Origin: Octopus vulgaris
Taxonomy: Eukaryota
Assembly (NCBI GenBank): GCA_951406725.2
Contig: OX597822.1
Span: 67,022,001-67,086,000 of the forward strand
Direction of reading: 5' to 3'
Length of the DNA stretch: 64,000 bases
The position numbers were made by a program, and so were the translations under genes. The notes beneath the pieces are model-generated. The model did no database searches and was not told where the DNA came from. It saw only the letters and a program-made list of their open reading frames with translations. Every line of letters starts with the position of its first letter. The stretch's first letter is position 1. This document shows, piece after piece, positions 42,835 through 55,810 of this stretch.

Positions 42835-44245
42835 ATGTTTAAGATTGTGTGCAAATGCTTTTAGAAAAATACTTTTTTGACTTCGATCATATTTTTCGTG
42901 ACATCTTTTATACGCAGTTTTATACGCTGTATTTTTCTTTGGGTTTGGTTCTCCTTGCATAAACTTCTACAATTTGATACCGGCAAACCTTTCTTCACAT
43001 TTAATCACATCAATAAGTCTCCAAATATTTGGATGACTAATATTCACTGTGTTTTTCAGCGCGCAGTGATAAGATTCTACGAGCAATTCCCATCATGCAT
43101 CTAACCCAAACAGTTCATATAGACAATGGAAATGGAAGTTCAAGGCGTCGCCCCTTTTGTCCTCTTCCTCTCGGTGATCCTATATAATTATTTTCAAAAT
43201 AGGATACAAGTGACTCTAGAATATCAACGTCATCTAAAAGTTGTTCATATCCATCTACAACATCATCAAGGGCCAAGAAAGCAATGGCAACAAAACACCG
43301 AATTTTCGGACTAAAACTATCATCTCCGTGATACCTGCATTTTAGTCCTTCTTGCACGACATGCTTGTACACATTTTGTCCTAAATGAAACAAGCATCAT
43401 GCCAAATTCGTCCCAGTAAACGATTCCAGAAATCCATTATGGGCTGCTTTTCCGAAATCTACAATTATATTATCAGGTCCCTCATTCTGCTGTAATTCAT
43501 TTATTTTGGCAAAAAGTTTATTATATGTGTCTTGACTTTTGTCAGAGAGCAATGCGCATAATCGTGGTGCATTAAAACTATCAATTTGAATGTGAAGTAT
43601 ATATAACTGAAAGAATATACTAGAGCAGCGCTTAAATGTTCCATCTGCCACCCAGTTCTTTTGCCGTTTTTACAGTCGAAGTCCTTCGTCGCTTGCAAAT
43701 ATTAGTATTCATTTTGAATCTGCCATCCCGCTGTCATATTGTAAAAAGGTTTCATCATTGTCAAGATAAGAGTATTCATTTGGAATGGAAACCACAGCAT
43801 TTGTAAGTAATCAGCTTGCCTCCAACGTCTAGTATTCCTATTAAGCTGTTCAAACGAAGATATTTGCGACAATGTCCAGTCGTGTAAATTCTGAACTTCG
43901 CTATCGATAACTGAACGAGGGGCATCACGGAATGAAATAGACTTTACATTAATATTTGGAACTATTATCTTTGCATTTAACACTGCGGCAGTCAAAGCTT
44001 GATTATGGATTCCAATCTTCTTAAGCTCTTTATAATTTTCATTGCACACACGATTTTCGAACCTCCAGTATAATTTTCATTGCACACACGATTTTCGAAA
44101 CTCCAGTATAATTTTCATTGCACACACGATTTTCTAACCTCCAGTATAATTTTCATTGCACACACGATTTTCGAACCTGCATCTGCATACTGCTTATTTT
44201 ATGTGTATATATCATTTTCTTGATCGACCACTTGGATTTTTCCAT
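42835..44245 (-). pseudogene. FLYWCH-MULE transposase pseudogene
   Basis: Motifs KLYWRFENRVC...GIHNQ (FLYWCH-like), ADGTFK...FFQLYILH, LLSDKSQDTY, IIVDF, CLFHLGQ, LVSYFENNYIG, split by stops and frameshifts. Confidence 0.88.
44031..44178. repeat. 38-bp tandem repeat, about 4 copies
   Basis: Unit TATAATTTTCATTGCACACACGATTTTCGAACCTCCAG starting at 44031, 44069, 44107 and 44145; no spacers. Confidence 0.95.
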
Positions 44246-44656
44246 GGTATGATATTGCAGGTAGTCATGTTGATGGGTAGGCGTATTGAATAATTTAATT
44301 CGATTTGCTTGAAAATCTTTATTCGTAAACACTTCAGCGCAGATACTTACAAGAGTGAGGCGGAGAGAGGGAGAGAGAGAGAGCGCGGAGGGGGTTCTAG
44401 AAAAGAAATGTCTGAAACTATTCAACGACAATTTTAATTCTAAAGTGATTGTTTTACACTTTCCCTCGAAAATCACATTTTGAACAAATTGGTCAGCGAC
44501 GAATTGATCAGGGGATGAACTGATCAACGACGAATTTACCGGGTACAAATTAACCGACGGCGAAATAACCGGGTAGGAATTGTCCTTAGACCTTATCGAT
44601 CAACTCATAGTGTGGAGTACAATGCTTTGCTCCATATTATGATATGCTACTCCAGA

Positions 44657-44920
44657 CGTGGCTGTGTGGTAAGAAGCTTGCTTTCAAACCACATGGTTCC
44701 GAGTTCAGTTCCACTGCGTGGCACTTTAGCCAAGTGCTTTCTACTATAGCTCGTGCCCACCAAAGCCTTGTGAGTGGATTTGGTAGACGGAAACTGCAAG
44801 ATGGATCGGGGAAATAGACCGATAAATCAGACTTGAAAATGAAATAAGTATGTCTTCAACTAAACCCTATTCGAAGTACCCCAGCATGGCCACACTCTAA
44901 TGACTGCAACAAGTAAAAGA
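44657..44920 (+). mobile_element. SINE family A variant lacking the internal microsatellite segment
   Basis: Head through GGTAGACGGAAACTG, joined to the 3' end CCAGCATGGCCAC...ACAAGTAAAAGA. Confidence 0.8.
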
Positions 44921-45472
44921 TACAGGATAACAAACATTTCATTTCAGGTATATCTCGGCTATAATTCAATTTTGTTTCTTAGTTTTCTTAAGATGAAGGT
45001 TAGCTATTACTCAGCGATGCCTTAAGAACCCCGTTTTTCTTCTCTTAAACTAAATAAAAGTCTTTTAGCAGGGTTGAGTTAAATGTGGTACGGCCATAAG
45101 TTATGCTTTCTACCAATGTTTTTCATGCCTTCTTGAAGATAAAAGACCAGTCTTATATTTAAAGAGTCGTCAACTTTGTCAGGTGACGTTTATTTATTTC
45201 ATGCGAATTAATGATGAAGTGAACAAGTATTCCGATTGGTTGTTTACACTATGGGACTGTTTACCGACCCGTTGACTGTCATTATTATTATACGAGTCAA
45301 ATGGTATAAACTACATATGTTGGAAATTAACACAGTTGGTGTTATCCTCATCATCATCATCATCATGGTCATAACTATCACCATCAGTAACAGCAGCATT
45401 ATTATTTTGCCTTGTTGCTTATTAGTATTATTGTTGTTGTTGCTATTATTATTGTTAACTGTTATTATTGTG

Positions 45473-45513
<41 letters not shown>

Positions 45514-46281
45514 TATTATTGTTGTTGTTGTTGTTATTCTTTCAATTTTGTTTCTATCTCTTACCGAAAGTCTTCCCAACAGCTAGGACAAAGAAACTCA
45601 CTGTAAACATTGGTATGACATTAAAATAAACTCATCAGATTGTCTATTTACAAAGCCAAGTGATAGAAAAAGAAGGGGAGGAAGACAGCGAATGGAAAGA
45701 AGGAAAAAGAAAAAGAAAAAGTGAAAAACGCCAAGGAAATAAGAAAGAAATTTGCAATACCTGTGACGTACAAGTTGAGACAATTTTTGCACTTCCTGTA
45801 TGGAAGGTGGGTAAGAGATCATCCTCAAATACTTGTCAGTTCCGTTTTTGGTCTCTAAGTGCTTCTAAAATCACTGGTATTGTAACCGTCTTGAGATGCC
45901 ACAATTTTCTATTTCAATCTTTATTCTTTCTGCGTTTATCAAATTTATCTGCCACACAGGGCTCAATGCAAATAATTTTAATGTAGCACAGATATGTCTT
46001 ACAGAGCAAAAAGGAAATCTAGAACAGTATGCCAAATCGCTTGTCCAATGGTTAATCTAAAAACGCATCCCCCAGGAAAGTGTCAGCCTGAGGGCGAAAA
46101 GTCATCCACTGGCACGAACGCTTCACTGAATACGAGACTGGATGGTCACTTGAACGGGAACTGCCCCAAATCGAGCTCACCAAGCTTACCACCACATCCA
46201 CCACAGAACGAAATATATAAGAGGATCAAATGAACCCGAGATTATAAAGAAGTAATATACGCGTATTATTATTATTATTAT

Positions 46282-46315
<34 letters not shown>

Positions 46316-46739
46316 TGTTGTTGTTGTTGTTGTTGTAGTAGTAGTTGTAGTAGTAAAGTATCATTCAAGTACTGGGGCCGATGTGATCGACAATCTCACT
46401 ACCCACAAATTCCAGGCCATGTGCCTTTTGTAGAAATGATTATTATTATTGTTGTTATTGCCTTCTTCCAATCAAGACTTACGCCATTAGCCACAAAGTA
46501 TAATCTCTAATTCGAGCCTACTCTAAGCTACTAAGAATGCGTGTGGCAACTTGAAGATCCACCACCACATGCGATAGACTGGCGGTTGCAAGGGCGCGAA
46601 AGCTACGTTGTTATCCTCATTCCGTAAACGGTGCCTTTTAACAGGTGGAGAGCTGTACCATCCTGGGGTACAGAGGATTCGCTATCTAGACTAGTGTCTG
46701 AAAGTTTACCACACCGTAGTAGGTTACACCAAGGTTTCT

Positions 46740-46942
46740 CTGCTTTGTGGCAGAAGTAGGAAGAAAGAGTGAGAGAAAGTTGTGGTGAAAGAGTACAGCG
46801 GGATTCACACACACCCCGCCGGAGCCTCGTGGGGCTTAGTTATTTTTGCTCAATAAACACTCACAATGCCCGGTCTGCAAATCGAAACCGCGTTCTTACG
46901 ACCGCGAGTCTACTACCCTAACCACTGAGCCATTGCGCCTCC
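46740..46942 (-). mobile_element. tRNA-headed SINE, distinct body (family E)
   Basis: Minus strand GGAGGCGCAATGGCTCAGTGGTTAGGGTAG...GGTTTCGATTTG...TTGAGCAAAA; 3' boundary uncertain. Confidence 0.7.
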
Positions 46943-47388
46943 GCTGTTGTTGCGACTGCTGTTGCTGTTACTATTTCGTGCTGTACTATTTAACAGGGAT
47001 ATTGTCTTCAGACTTGGTAACATCAAGGCTAGGCTTCTAACAGCATACAGGATTGCACTAACATGCATGTCGACAAGTGTGTTTGGGTGTTGTGCCAAGT
47101 GCACTAATTACCGATAGTTGAAACTGCTGCACATGCCTTCCTGGAATGTTTACAGCATCGTATTTTGGTAAATTAGATTTGTATTGATGCAACAGATCAC
47201 AGTTGAATGCACGGCGGTGTTATTTTTTGTTTTGTGCAACGTTTTATGATTTCATGTTGTACCGTAATATCTGTTAGTTTGTGAGGGGATTTTTCTTTTA
47301 AATGCGCAGTGTAATTTATGTTGTTTCAGTACTAGAATATACTTCTCTGTAATTTATTATAGTGTTGCGTGTTGGTTTGTTGAAGATA

Positions 47389-47955
47389 TTGAGTTGTCTG
47401 GAAGGTTCATGCAGATTTTTACAGGAAAGAAAATGGTCAATAAATACTTGCCATTACAGTTTTAATCAACCAAATATGAACCATTTTGTTGCACACTGCG
47501 TCTCCATCTTTCCTTTAACTTGAAAATACCCTCTTCCCAGAATTGAGGTGGTGTCATGGCAAAGAATTCATCAAGGTATCTTTTTACGTTATCCAAGGAA
47601 TTGAAATTTTTACCATTAAGACTATTCTGTAGAGACCTGAATTAGAGGAAATCCGAAGAAGCAATATTTTGTGAATATGGAGGGTGGGGTAACACATCCC
47701 AGCCGAGCTGCAGCAATTTTTGTCTGGTTACCAAAGTATCAAGTGCCGATAATGAACTCTTTTATCTTCCATTTTAAAGGGTTACAAAATTAACACAGGT
47801 TATAGGAACGTAAACCTTCTTCCACGAAAAGGTAGCTTAAAATGTGTTCTAAACGTAGGCATTCTAAAAATCCTGTTTTATATACTCAACCATTTTCTAA
47901 AATAAGTGGAATGGTAAGCTACTATAAATCGGCGTGAACTTTCAGAACCACCCAA
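47389..47955 (-). mobile_element. Internally deleted mariner element with both TIRs
   Basis: TIRs TTGAGTTGTCTGGAAGGTTCATGCAGATTT / AAATCGGCGTGAACTTTCAGAACCACCCAA. N-terminus MEDKRVHYRHL is fused near 47737 to the C-terminus VTRQKLLQLGWDVLPHPPYSQNIASSDF..FRSLQNSLNGKNF...GIFKLKERW. Confidence 0.9.
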
Positions 47956-47965
47956 TTATATAGAA

Positions 47966-48172
47966 CTAGCAGTATCGCCCGGCGTTGCTCGGGTTTGTAA
48001 GGGAAATAACTATATAAGCATTTTTAGAGAGTTACTTCCTTTATAGATGCCAATATTTCTTTACACTCCCTTCCCCACAGCTTCACGAGGGAGGGAAGGG
48101 GGAGAAGCAAACAGGTGCAATCTAAATCGAAGGGGTCAGACACTCACACAACTACAGTTTTATATATATAGA
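47966..48172 (-). mobile_element. Short non-autonomous Helitron
   Basis: Minus strand A|TCTATATATATAAAACTG...CCCGAGCAACGCCGGG hairpin...CTAG|T: canonical 5' TC, 3' hairpin plus CTAG, A/T target, no TSD. Confidence 0.85.
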
Positions 48173-48559
48173 TGTGTGTGGTTTGTGACGAATTATCTCG
48201 TGGAAAATGCGTGCCGTAAGCATTCTGAAAAATTTACTGTTAGTTTGTGCAAAACGCTATGGAGTTAGGATTGCATAAGAATATTAGTTATTCTATTGAC
48301 TGATAAATTCATGCAGTATCTTCTTTTCGGATTGCTTCATAATATGTGGGGTGGTCACGTAGAGAATGAAGTTTATAATTTGTGTTATTTCATTGGGTCA
48401 AAATTGCGTCAGTTGCGTTATTAAATTCAGTGTTTCTACGCGATACTGACCGTGAGCTACTTTAACTCCAGCTCCATGATGTTCGAGACTGATCACAATA
48501 TTTCATAGGGTTTGCTTTCATGATGTTTCACCATATCTAGTACGTAGATTATTTTGGCT

Positions 48560-48752
48560 CTATCTGCGCCGGACAAAACCCTTAGCAGCATTTATTCCGA
48601 ATTTACTTTCTGAGTTCAAATTCCGCCGGGGTCGACTTTACCTTTCGTCCTTTCGGGGTCCATGCTATAAGTAGCAGTCAAATAGCGAATTCGATGCAAT
48701 CGACTAGACACCTGCCCATATTATTTCAAGTTTTGTGCTAATAGTAGAAAGG
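48560..48752 (+). mobile_element. SINE family B copy
   Basis: TCTGAGTTCAAATTCCGCCGGGGTCGACTTTACCTTTCGTCCTTTCGGGGTC. Confidence 0.8.
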
Positions 48753-48840
48753 ATTTTTCCCTATTTCTTTTTCCATGCGCTATATCTTCCTTATTTACTC
48801 TTCAAGCTACTACTAGAGTCTTCATAAATTTCTAGGTAAC

Positions 48841-49238
48841 ATAGGCGTAGGAGTGGCTGTGTGGTAAGTAGCTTGCTTACCAACCACATGGTTCCGGGTT
48901 CAGTCCTACTCCGTGGCACCTTGGGCGAATGTCTTCTACTATAGCCTCGGGTCGACCAAAGCCTTGTGAGTGGATTTGAATGACGGAAACCGAAAGAAGC
49001 CCCTCGTATATATATATATATATATGCATGTGTGTGTATATGTTTGTATGTCTCTGTTTGTCTCCCCAACATCGCTTGACAACCGATGGTGGTGTGTTTA
49101 CGTCCCCCAGCAAAAGAGACCGATAGAATAATTACTAGGTTTACAAAGAATAAGTCCTGGGGTCGATTTGCTCGACTAAAGGCGGCGCTCCAGCACGGTC
49201 ACAGTCAAATGACTGAAACAAGTAAAAGAGTAAAAGAG
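48841..49238 (+). mobile_element. SINE family A, full length
   Basis: Head, internal microsatellite, tail GTAAAAGAGTAAAAGA. Confidence 0.92.
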
Positions 49239-50109
49239 ATATATCCAGAAAGAATGCATTTGTCTATCACAAAACAAAAATGTTTTTCCCATCATTCATA
49301 AGCACACAGTATTATAATCATTGTTCTACTTTTATTTTTTTAGTATCTTATGAAACAATTTACTACAAACTTACCTCAAACTCGAACCTTCCTCGCTCGC
49401 TTTTTCTGTCAAGCCCAATTCATAATGTCTCCGCCAGTGAATGCCGCTGTATTTAATTCTGCAAAAAGTACAATACTTTCTCTGTGATTTAGCAATTCCT
49501 ATGTATTTGTGCTATATGAATTATTAGAAACCAGGCATATCTCCTCTCTTTGTTTATGATGTTTCTGCATTTACATTTTGCGAGCAACTTAGTATAATCA
49601 TTTAGGTTTTTTTTTTTCAACTATCGATATTTTGAACAAAGTATATTTGCTTTAGATTAGCAGCCGTCTAAAGTCGGATTTAATTTAATTTTCTTTGTTT
49701 CGATAAGGAGTTAATTATTCGTAATCGTACCACAAAGAACTGGAGACTCCATATCTAAAGATATACAAATATATTAACTCACATAAATAGTGGATCGTCT
49801 TTTAAAACGAAAGTCTTTCGTCCATACCTATAAACGGATCTTCAAATAAAAAGATGGTAGTTAAAATGTATGTGCATTTGAGGAATTTTGTGTCAGTTAC
49901 TGCTTAAGAATATGTGTCTATGAAAAGATCAGTGCAAAAGACGGCAGATACACTGATAGCGAGATTCATAGATATTCGTAAAATATATGTGTGCATATAT
50001 CTGTGAATGTCTTTGTGTGTGCGTATGTATGTATGCCTTTCTGTATGTATATAAGTAAGTACATCTATTTGAGATGTATTTGAAATGTGTGCGCTCGTGT
50101 AATATGCAT

Positions 50110-50194
<85 letters not shown>

Positions 50195-50859
50195 TTAGTA
50201 TATACGCATGTAAATGTGTAAGTTCTTACTCATAGCAAATCTGAAACAGAAAAAAACTTGGAATAATTATATCACTTATTACATTTTTATTTTTTCTTTA
50301 TATTAATTTCATCGAACGAAACCTCTTATTTCATACAAAACTTTCTTATTATGAGATACATAACGTTGTATATCTGTCTTTCAGAAACTGTTGAATAATT
50401 TCAAAATATTATTGGCTACAGACAAAACTAGAAAACAACGGAAACACATAAAATATTCATTTGTACAGAATTTAAAACGTGCATACACACCTATCCCTAC
50501 TTATATGCCCATACAAAGCCTCGAACCTACCTAACTACCTAATCATACATATTACGAATCCTTTGTTATAAAACTATTTTTTATGAAAAACAAAATGTGA
50601 GAAAATATGTTTCCTGTAAATGTGAGATGATAGATTCTGAAGAGAAAAAATAAAAATGATGGAATAGATTAAAATCTACAAAACGTTGGTATGTTAGACA
50701 TGTTGACAAAATACAAAAGTTTCTTGCAGAGCAAATAAAAGAATGAAAAAAAAATTAGTTAAGGAATTCGCATAAATATATCGAAAGACGACGTTCACTG
50801 AGGGAGTCGATAAAAATGAATGTGGAAGTGGTGGGAGAGGTGGAGGAGGGCGAGTTGAT

Positions 50860-51310
50860 AGAAGAAGATGAAGGTGAAGGCGATGAAGAAGGGGGGGAGG
50901 GGGAGGAGGAGAGGGAGAAAAAGAAGAAGAAGAAGAAGAAGAAGAAAAAGGAGAAGAAGAAGAAGAAGAAGAAGAAGAAGAAGATGAAGGAGATGAAGAA
51001 GAAGAAGAAGAAGAAGAAGAAGAAGAAGATGAAGGAGAAGAAGAAGAAGAAGAAGAAGAAGAAGAAGAAGAAGCAGAAGATGAAGGAGATGAAGAAGAAG
51101 AAGAAGAAGAAGAAGAAGGAGGAGAAGAAGAAGAAGAAGAAGAAGAAGAAGAATGCATTCTTCATACCATCCCCAAACCGCCTATTATTATTATTAATGG
51201 TAGGGTCAGTGATAATAGTAGTAGTAGTAGTAGTTGTAGGAAAAGCGGCAATAACAATGACAATGATAGTAATAGTGATAATAATGGTTATCATGATAAT
51301 AATGATTATC

Positions 51311-51357
<47 letters not shown>

Positions 51358-51480
51358 AAGAAGAAGAAGAAGAAGAAGAAGAAGAAGAAGAAGAAGAAGA
51401 AGAAGAAGAAGAAGAAGAAGAAGAAGAAGAAGAAGAAGAAGAAGAAGAAGAAGAAGAAGAAGAAGAAGAAGAAGAAGAAT
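50860..51480. repeat. (GAA)n fields with an inserted (TAG)/(TAA) compound block
   Basis: Visible arrays; see the templated-insertion finding. Confidence 0.9.
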
Positions 51481-52416
51481 GCATTCTTCATACCATCCCC
51501 AAACCGCCTACCAGTCAGAATCTGGAAGTAAAAGACGGCAAGAAGAAAAGAAGCAGTGAAGTGGAAAAAAAGAAAAAATAAGAAGAATGGAGAAAAATGC
51601 ACACAAAAGAATTTTAATCAAAGTCGTGGAGAAAAAGAAAAAGATTGCAGCTGAACTATTTGAGAAGAAAAATCGATGCAATCATCGTTATGCAATTCAT
51701 TTATGTTTTTTTATTGATTTCAGAAAGAAGATAAAACTTAGTTGTGATGTAAGAAAATGGTTTCTGGAGTAGTAAGGAGAGGTAAGAAAAAAAATCCTTT
51801 GTTTTGTTTGTTTTTTTTAATTATTTACAGTAATGAAAGTTGTTGCTATATTACTTGGCATTTTCTGGATTGTGCTTTTTTTTGTTGTTGCTTGCTTATT
51901 TTTGTTACCGTAGATTTTTTTCTATTTTATTGAGTTATTTTGTTTTATTTTCTTTGTGTGTGTTTGTGTTTTTCTTTCTTGTTTTGCAATTGCTTCTTAT
52001 TCAAAGTGCAACGGATCACTTTTCAATATTGCTGATATTTTCTACAGCTGCTGTCAATGGTTTTGTTCCTGTTGACGATATACACACGGGTTCTTTATTT
52101 TATTGCATTGTCCAGTTACTTACAATTTGCAATTGCTATTATATTTCGTACATTTTTTTTGTATATCACATCATCTTATATAATATCAGCGTAATAGATT
52201 ACTGTGAATGCTGTTTAAAGTGTTTCTTTCATTGATCAATTAGAATTCTGCGAGTGAATTATTCACACGCAGACGCTCTAGCTACCTCACATGACTTTTA
52301 GCTTCTTACAGTGCATTTCACTTCGTACCACAATAATAATAAGAGCGAGATTTTGCAGAATTTAATATCTCTATTACTTTATTTCATGCATGTAGTTTTA
52401 ATCATACATACAGTGT

Positions 52417-52620
52417 TTCAATTCAATTCAATTCAATTTTTATTGGCTCAAAAAGCAAAAGCAAAGCCATGTAGGGGGACAGGGAGTTATGTACAGGGAG
52501 GGTGGTCATACAAAGAGTTCAGGCCATTTCTGGTCAAGAGAGACTTTGAACCGAGCGGTCGTCGGCATCTTCACTATCTCGTCCGGCAGCTTATTCAATG
52601 GATCGGCAACCATGAACACT
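52417..52620 (-). mobile_element. CR1-type LINE 3' end
   Basis: VADPLNKLPDEIVKMPTTARFKVSLDQKW (WNxLP...FKxxLD motif), stop at 52506, short UTR and (TTGAA)n tail. Confidence 0.8.
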
Positions 52621-55399
52621 CCGGCTACCAAGACACATAGGCATTTCAAGTCAGCTAACAGGTGAAGCAACGTCAGATCCATTCTAAGAATTCCTGGCAG
52701 CACATGTGCTTTGCTTGCTCTACTTCTGACACAAGAGAAACGGCTGGGTGCATAACTGTAGACTTTCTCTTCAGAATATACCTTTGCATCCCACATATCA
52801 CCAATCCCCAAAGATCCTGGTTCGCCATTGGTTCATGATAGGTAAGCCCAGGGCGATTCAAAGCATGATTATGGTCTACGACGCAGGGAACAGATCTCGC
52901 ACCATTAGAAAGCGAACTGTTTCTTCTCTGAACATCGAATTTAGCAAGTCTAGAGAAAGGGCGTCGGATAGAGAGAGAGACGATTCACACCGGCAATTTA
53001 CTTCTTGAGCATACACAATTACTGACCGCAGGACAAACAAGCCCTAGCAAGGAATTGTACTGATATCTCGTAAACACAACACGGCAGGGAGGCCAGTGCT
53101 CCAGAAAGGGAGAGGTGTTTCAATGCTGGTAACGAGAGTTGATGAGACAAGTGTGTCAAGATGCTGCCGTGGAGGTGGCATCACATCAGTTAGTCCTTTA
53201 CAATGAGGTTGAAATGGCAAAATAGCAAAGAGATAATACAAATAGCTCATCAGTTAGCCATAGGTACAAATGTGTAATGAGATATTCCAATCAGTTGGGT
53301 CGATACAATATGTTTGTATGCGTAAGAGCAACATTGTCCCAAATGTAGAGCCATAATTTATTCTAAGTTTCAATTGACTTTTCTAAAAATTTATTATCCG
53401 TTAGCCATGCACCCAAAACTTTTGGGGGTTCCTTTTACTATGCAATGACAACAATCGGGGTAAAAGCGTTTACTGCATGTTTTGCATCAAATCTCTCATA
53501 AAACTGCAGACACTAATTCAATCATATCCACATTTATACATTTCGACTCCACCATTGACACGACTACACATAACAGTTATGTCGCAATACTATACAGTGG
53601 CTGTGCGAGCTACGAAATCCTCGTCGCCAATGTTATGTCGCACGTTCGGATGACATGACCTCTACTCAACGCTACTCTGCTCTCTACTATTCTAATCTAC
53701 ACAGCTGTACTCTCTGCTCGACTCTGACGACGTCTAGACTTCTCCCTCAATATCTACGTATTGGGCTAGCCTACTTCATCGTCTGGGGGCGTCCACACAA
53801 TAATAACCATGTGCAAAAGAGTCCCGAATTGTTACAGACTAACATGCTCACCAGTTGAAACAATATATCAACCATTACTCTCGAAACAATGAAACCAGCT
53901 TCGCTGTATAAGGGCCATACAATTCAAATGCTCTCGATACAGATATGTTCCGATATTCGAAACCCGCTACCGTGTATCTTGTTGTCAAGGAATAAAACCT
54001 CCTCGAATTTGCCAGCCAACTTTGTTCCTGACGCCCCATATTTGAGTTAACTCAAATAACATGTCCCAACATGTGAACATTTCACCTTCCTGAAGGAGCA
54101 CCGATTCAGCTTTCATATCTTCAGAATCGACAGAAAAGTTACTCTCTGTTATCTCTCACCATTGGCTCATCACCAATGAAAAATTAAAGGAAATGTGTGA
54201 TATTCCTCTCGGCAAATGTTAGCTAATCAGCTGCAAGGTAGCCTGAATATGGATCCACCAGTATCTCTTATGTCCGTGGCTTCCTCTTTGCTTATACCAT
54301 TTCAGTATCAACTAAAACAAGTTTTTTCGCTGACATACTAACAACAAAATATTTTCTGTTACCGGTTGACTGTCACTCCCTCCTACCTATATATCAACGA
54401 TGTGGTTGACTTCAAACCAATTAATACATCAGTCCGTACTCAGACGGCACTGCCGTTCGTTTCTCCCTAATCTTCCACTTTCAACCTTCATCAGCGTGCA
54501 ACTAAATACCTTCAGCTACAACTCTATACTACCATTAGGAAGAGAGAAATTTTTTATATAACATCTAGTGATTGTACGCATCTATTTTCTTTTGTTTCTG
54601 TACAACAAAGACACAATCACTATATAAAAAATAGAGCAAGACAATATTATCTTAAGTCTCTGACAGAAATAAGATGGCTCTTTTCTATAATGTGCATCCA
54701 CATAGATTTTAATGCTTTAATTTAATTCTCAATCATAATCTCCTCTACATTTCCACCATATTTTTAACATTAACTTTTCTCATAGTAGTTTATGGGCAAT
54801 TTTTTAATAAAAAAATCGAAAGATGATAGTGTTACAAAAAGCAATTTTCTGACATTTAAAATATTTTGAGGCTTCAGTTTCGTCTATGTATATTGAGAAA
54901 TTAAATACTCCACTAAACGATTTACAGTTCATATATATATTGTTGATAAAATATGGAAATATTTTTCACAATTCTTTCCTCTCTTGGTGAAACAATTACA
55001 CGTACAGATGTGGTTTTGCACCCACTATTATATATCTATATTAAAGTGACTATATGTTTAAAAAAGGGTTTACTACTTCACGGAATTAAAACAAATAACA
55101 TCTATCACGTCCTATAATTTTTTATAATTATAGGAACAGAATAATAAGCGTAGTATCTATCACCACTTCCGAAGTTTTTTTTTTTTTTTTGAGAAATGTA
55201 AAACGGAGGGAGCAATTTACTTTAAAATCTCCGAAGGCTGATGATGTAATTCAAGCGAGTAACAGCGTAAATCTACCACAAAAAAAAAAACAAGAACGTT
55301 CCTTCAACGAAAGTTAATGTCGTGTCTATCCTACCATCATCACCGCCTGCGAGTAGCGGTAGATGCCTTGTAACTCTCATCCCATGAATAGCGGAGCAT

Positions 55400-55775
55400 C
55401 TACTAAATAGAGTCCTGTCATAAGTAAACGTCATAGAATTTTTTTGTCCGATTCTCCAACGTGAACCGGTTCTATGAATATTATCCAACTTTTGGTTTAC
55501 CCCTGCATCCATTGCTGGTTGGTTTGGTTTGACGAATCATCTTTGCAATAATTTCCTGTGACATTCTAACAATATGACCTTAGTATCGGCGTTGTGTCCA
55601 ATCACTGCAGGGGAATGGCAGTTTGATCTCAACTGACTCCGGGATCTCCAAGCAACGAACTCTGTCCAATAACATTATAGCAGACATCCTTTGTATAACC
55701 CCCACTTCACCCGCTTGTATTCGCGATAGTAAACTGCAATGTCTTTATACCAACTTACTCTTATCAAATTTTTAT
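55400..55775 (-). mobile_element. RTE-clade LINE C-terminal remnant
   Basis: LLSRIQAGEVGVIQRMSAIMLLDRVRCLEIPES...QRRY*GHIVRMSQEIIAK...KPTSNGCRGKPK matches the RTE motif series IQAAEM / DRVR / GHVxRM / RGRP. Confidence 0.75.
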
Positions 55776-55810
55776 CTACCAGAATCTATATCAAAGCATA
55801 CTTTCTAATC

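Larger units (their letters stand above)
42670..44592 (-). mobile_element. Decayed Mutator-like (MULE) DNA transposon with repeat-array termini
   Basis: Inverted terminal arrays of a ~15-bp GGTCAATTCGTCG unit (42676-42750; 44485-44592) enclose a broken transposase. TSD not resolved. Confidence 0.85.

Noticed and set aside
44031-44178. CRISPR-like 38-bp repeats
   Set aside because: Units are contiguous with no spacers, lie inside a eukaryotic MULE, and no cas genes are present.
50816-51559. 247-aa acidic/lysine-rich ORF
   Set aside because: Translation of (GAA)n, (TAG)n and (TAA)n arrays, including the templated insertion; no domain.
53890-54140. Possible decayed RTE-type C-terminus (QLRCIRAI...TCPTC)
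   Set aside because: Too degenerate to call without a profile search.
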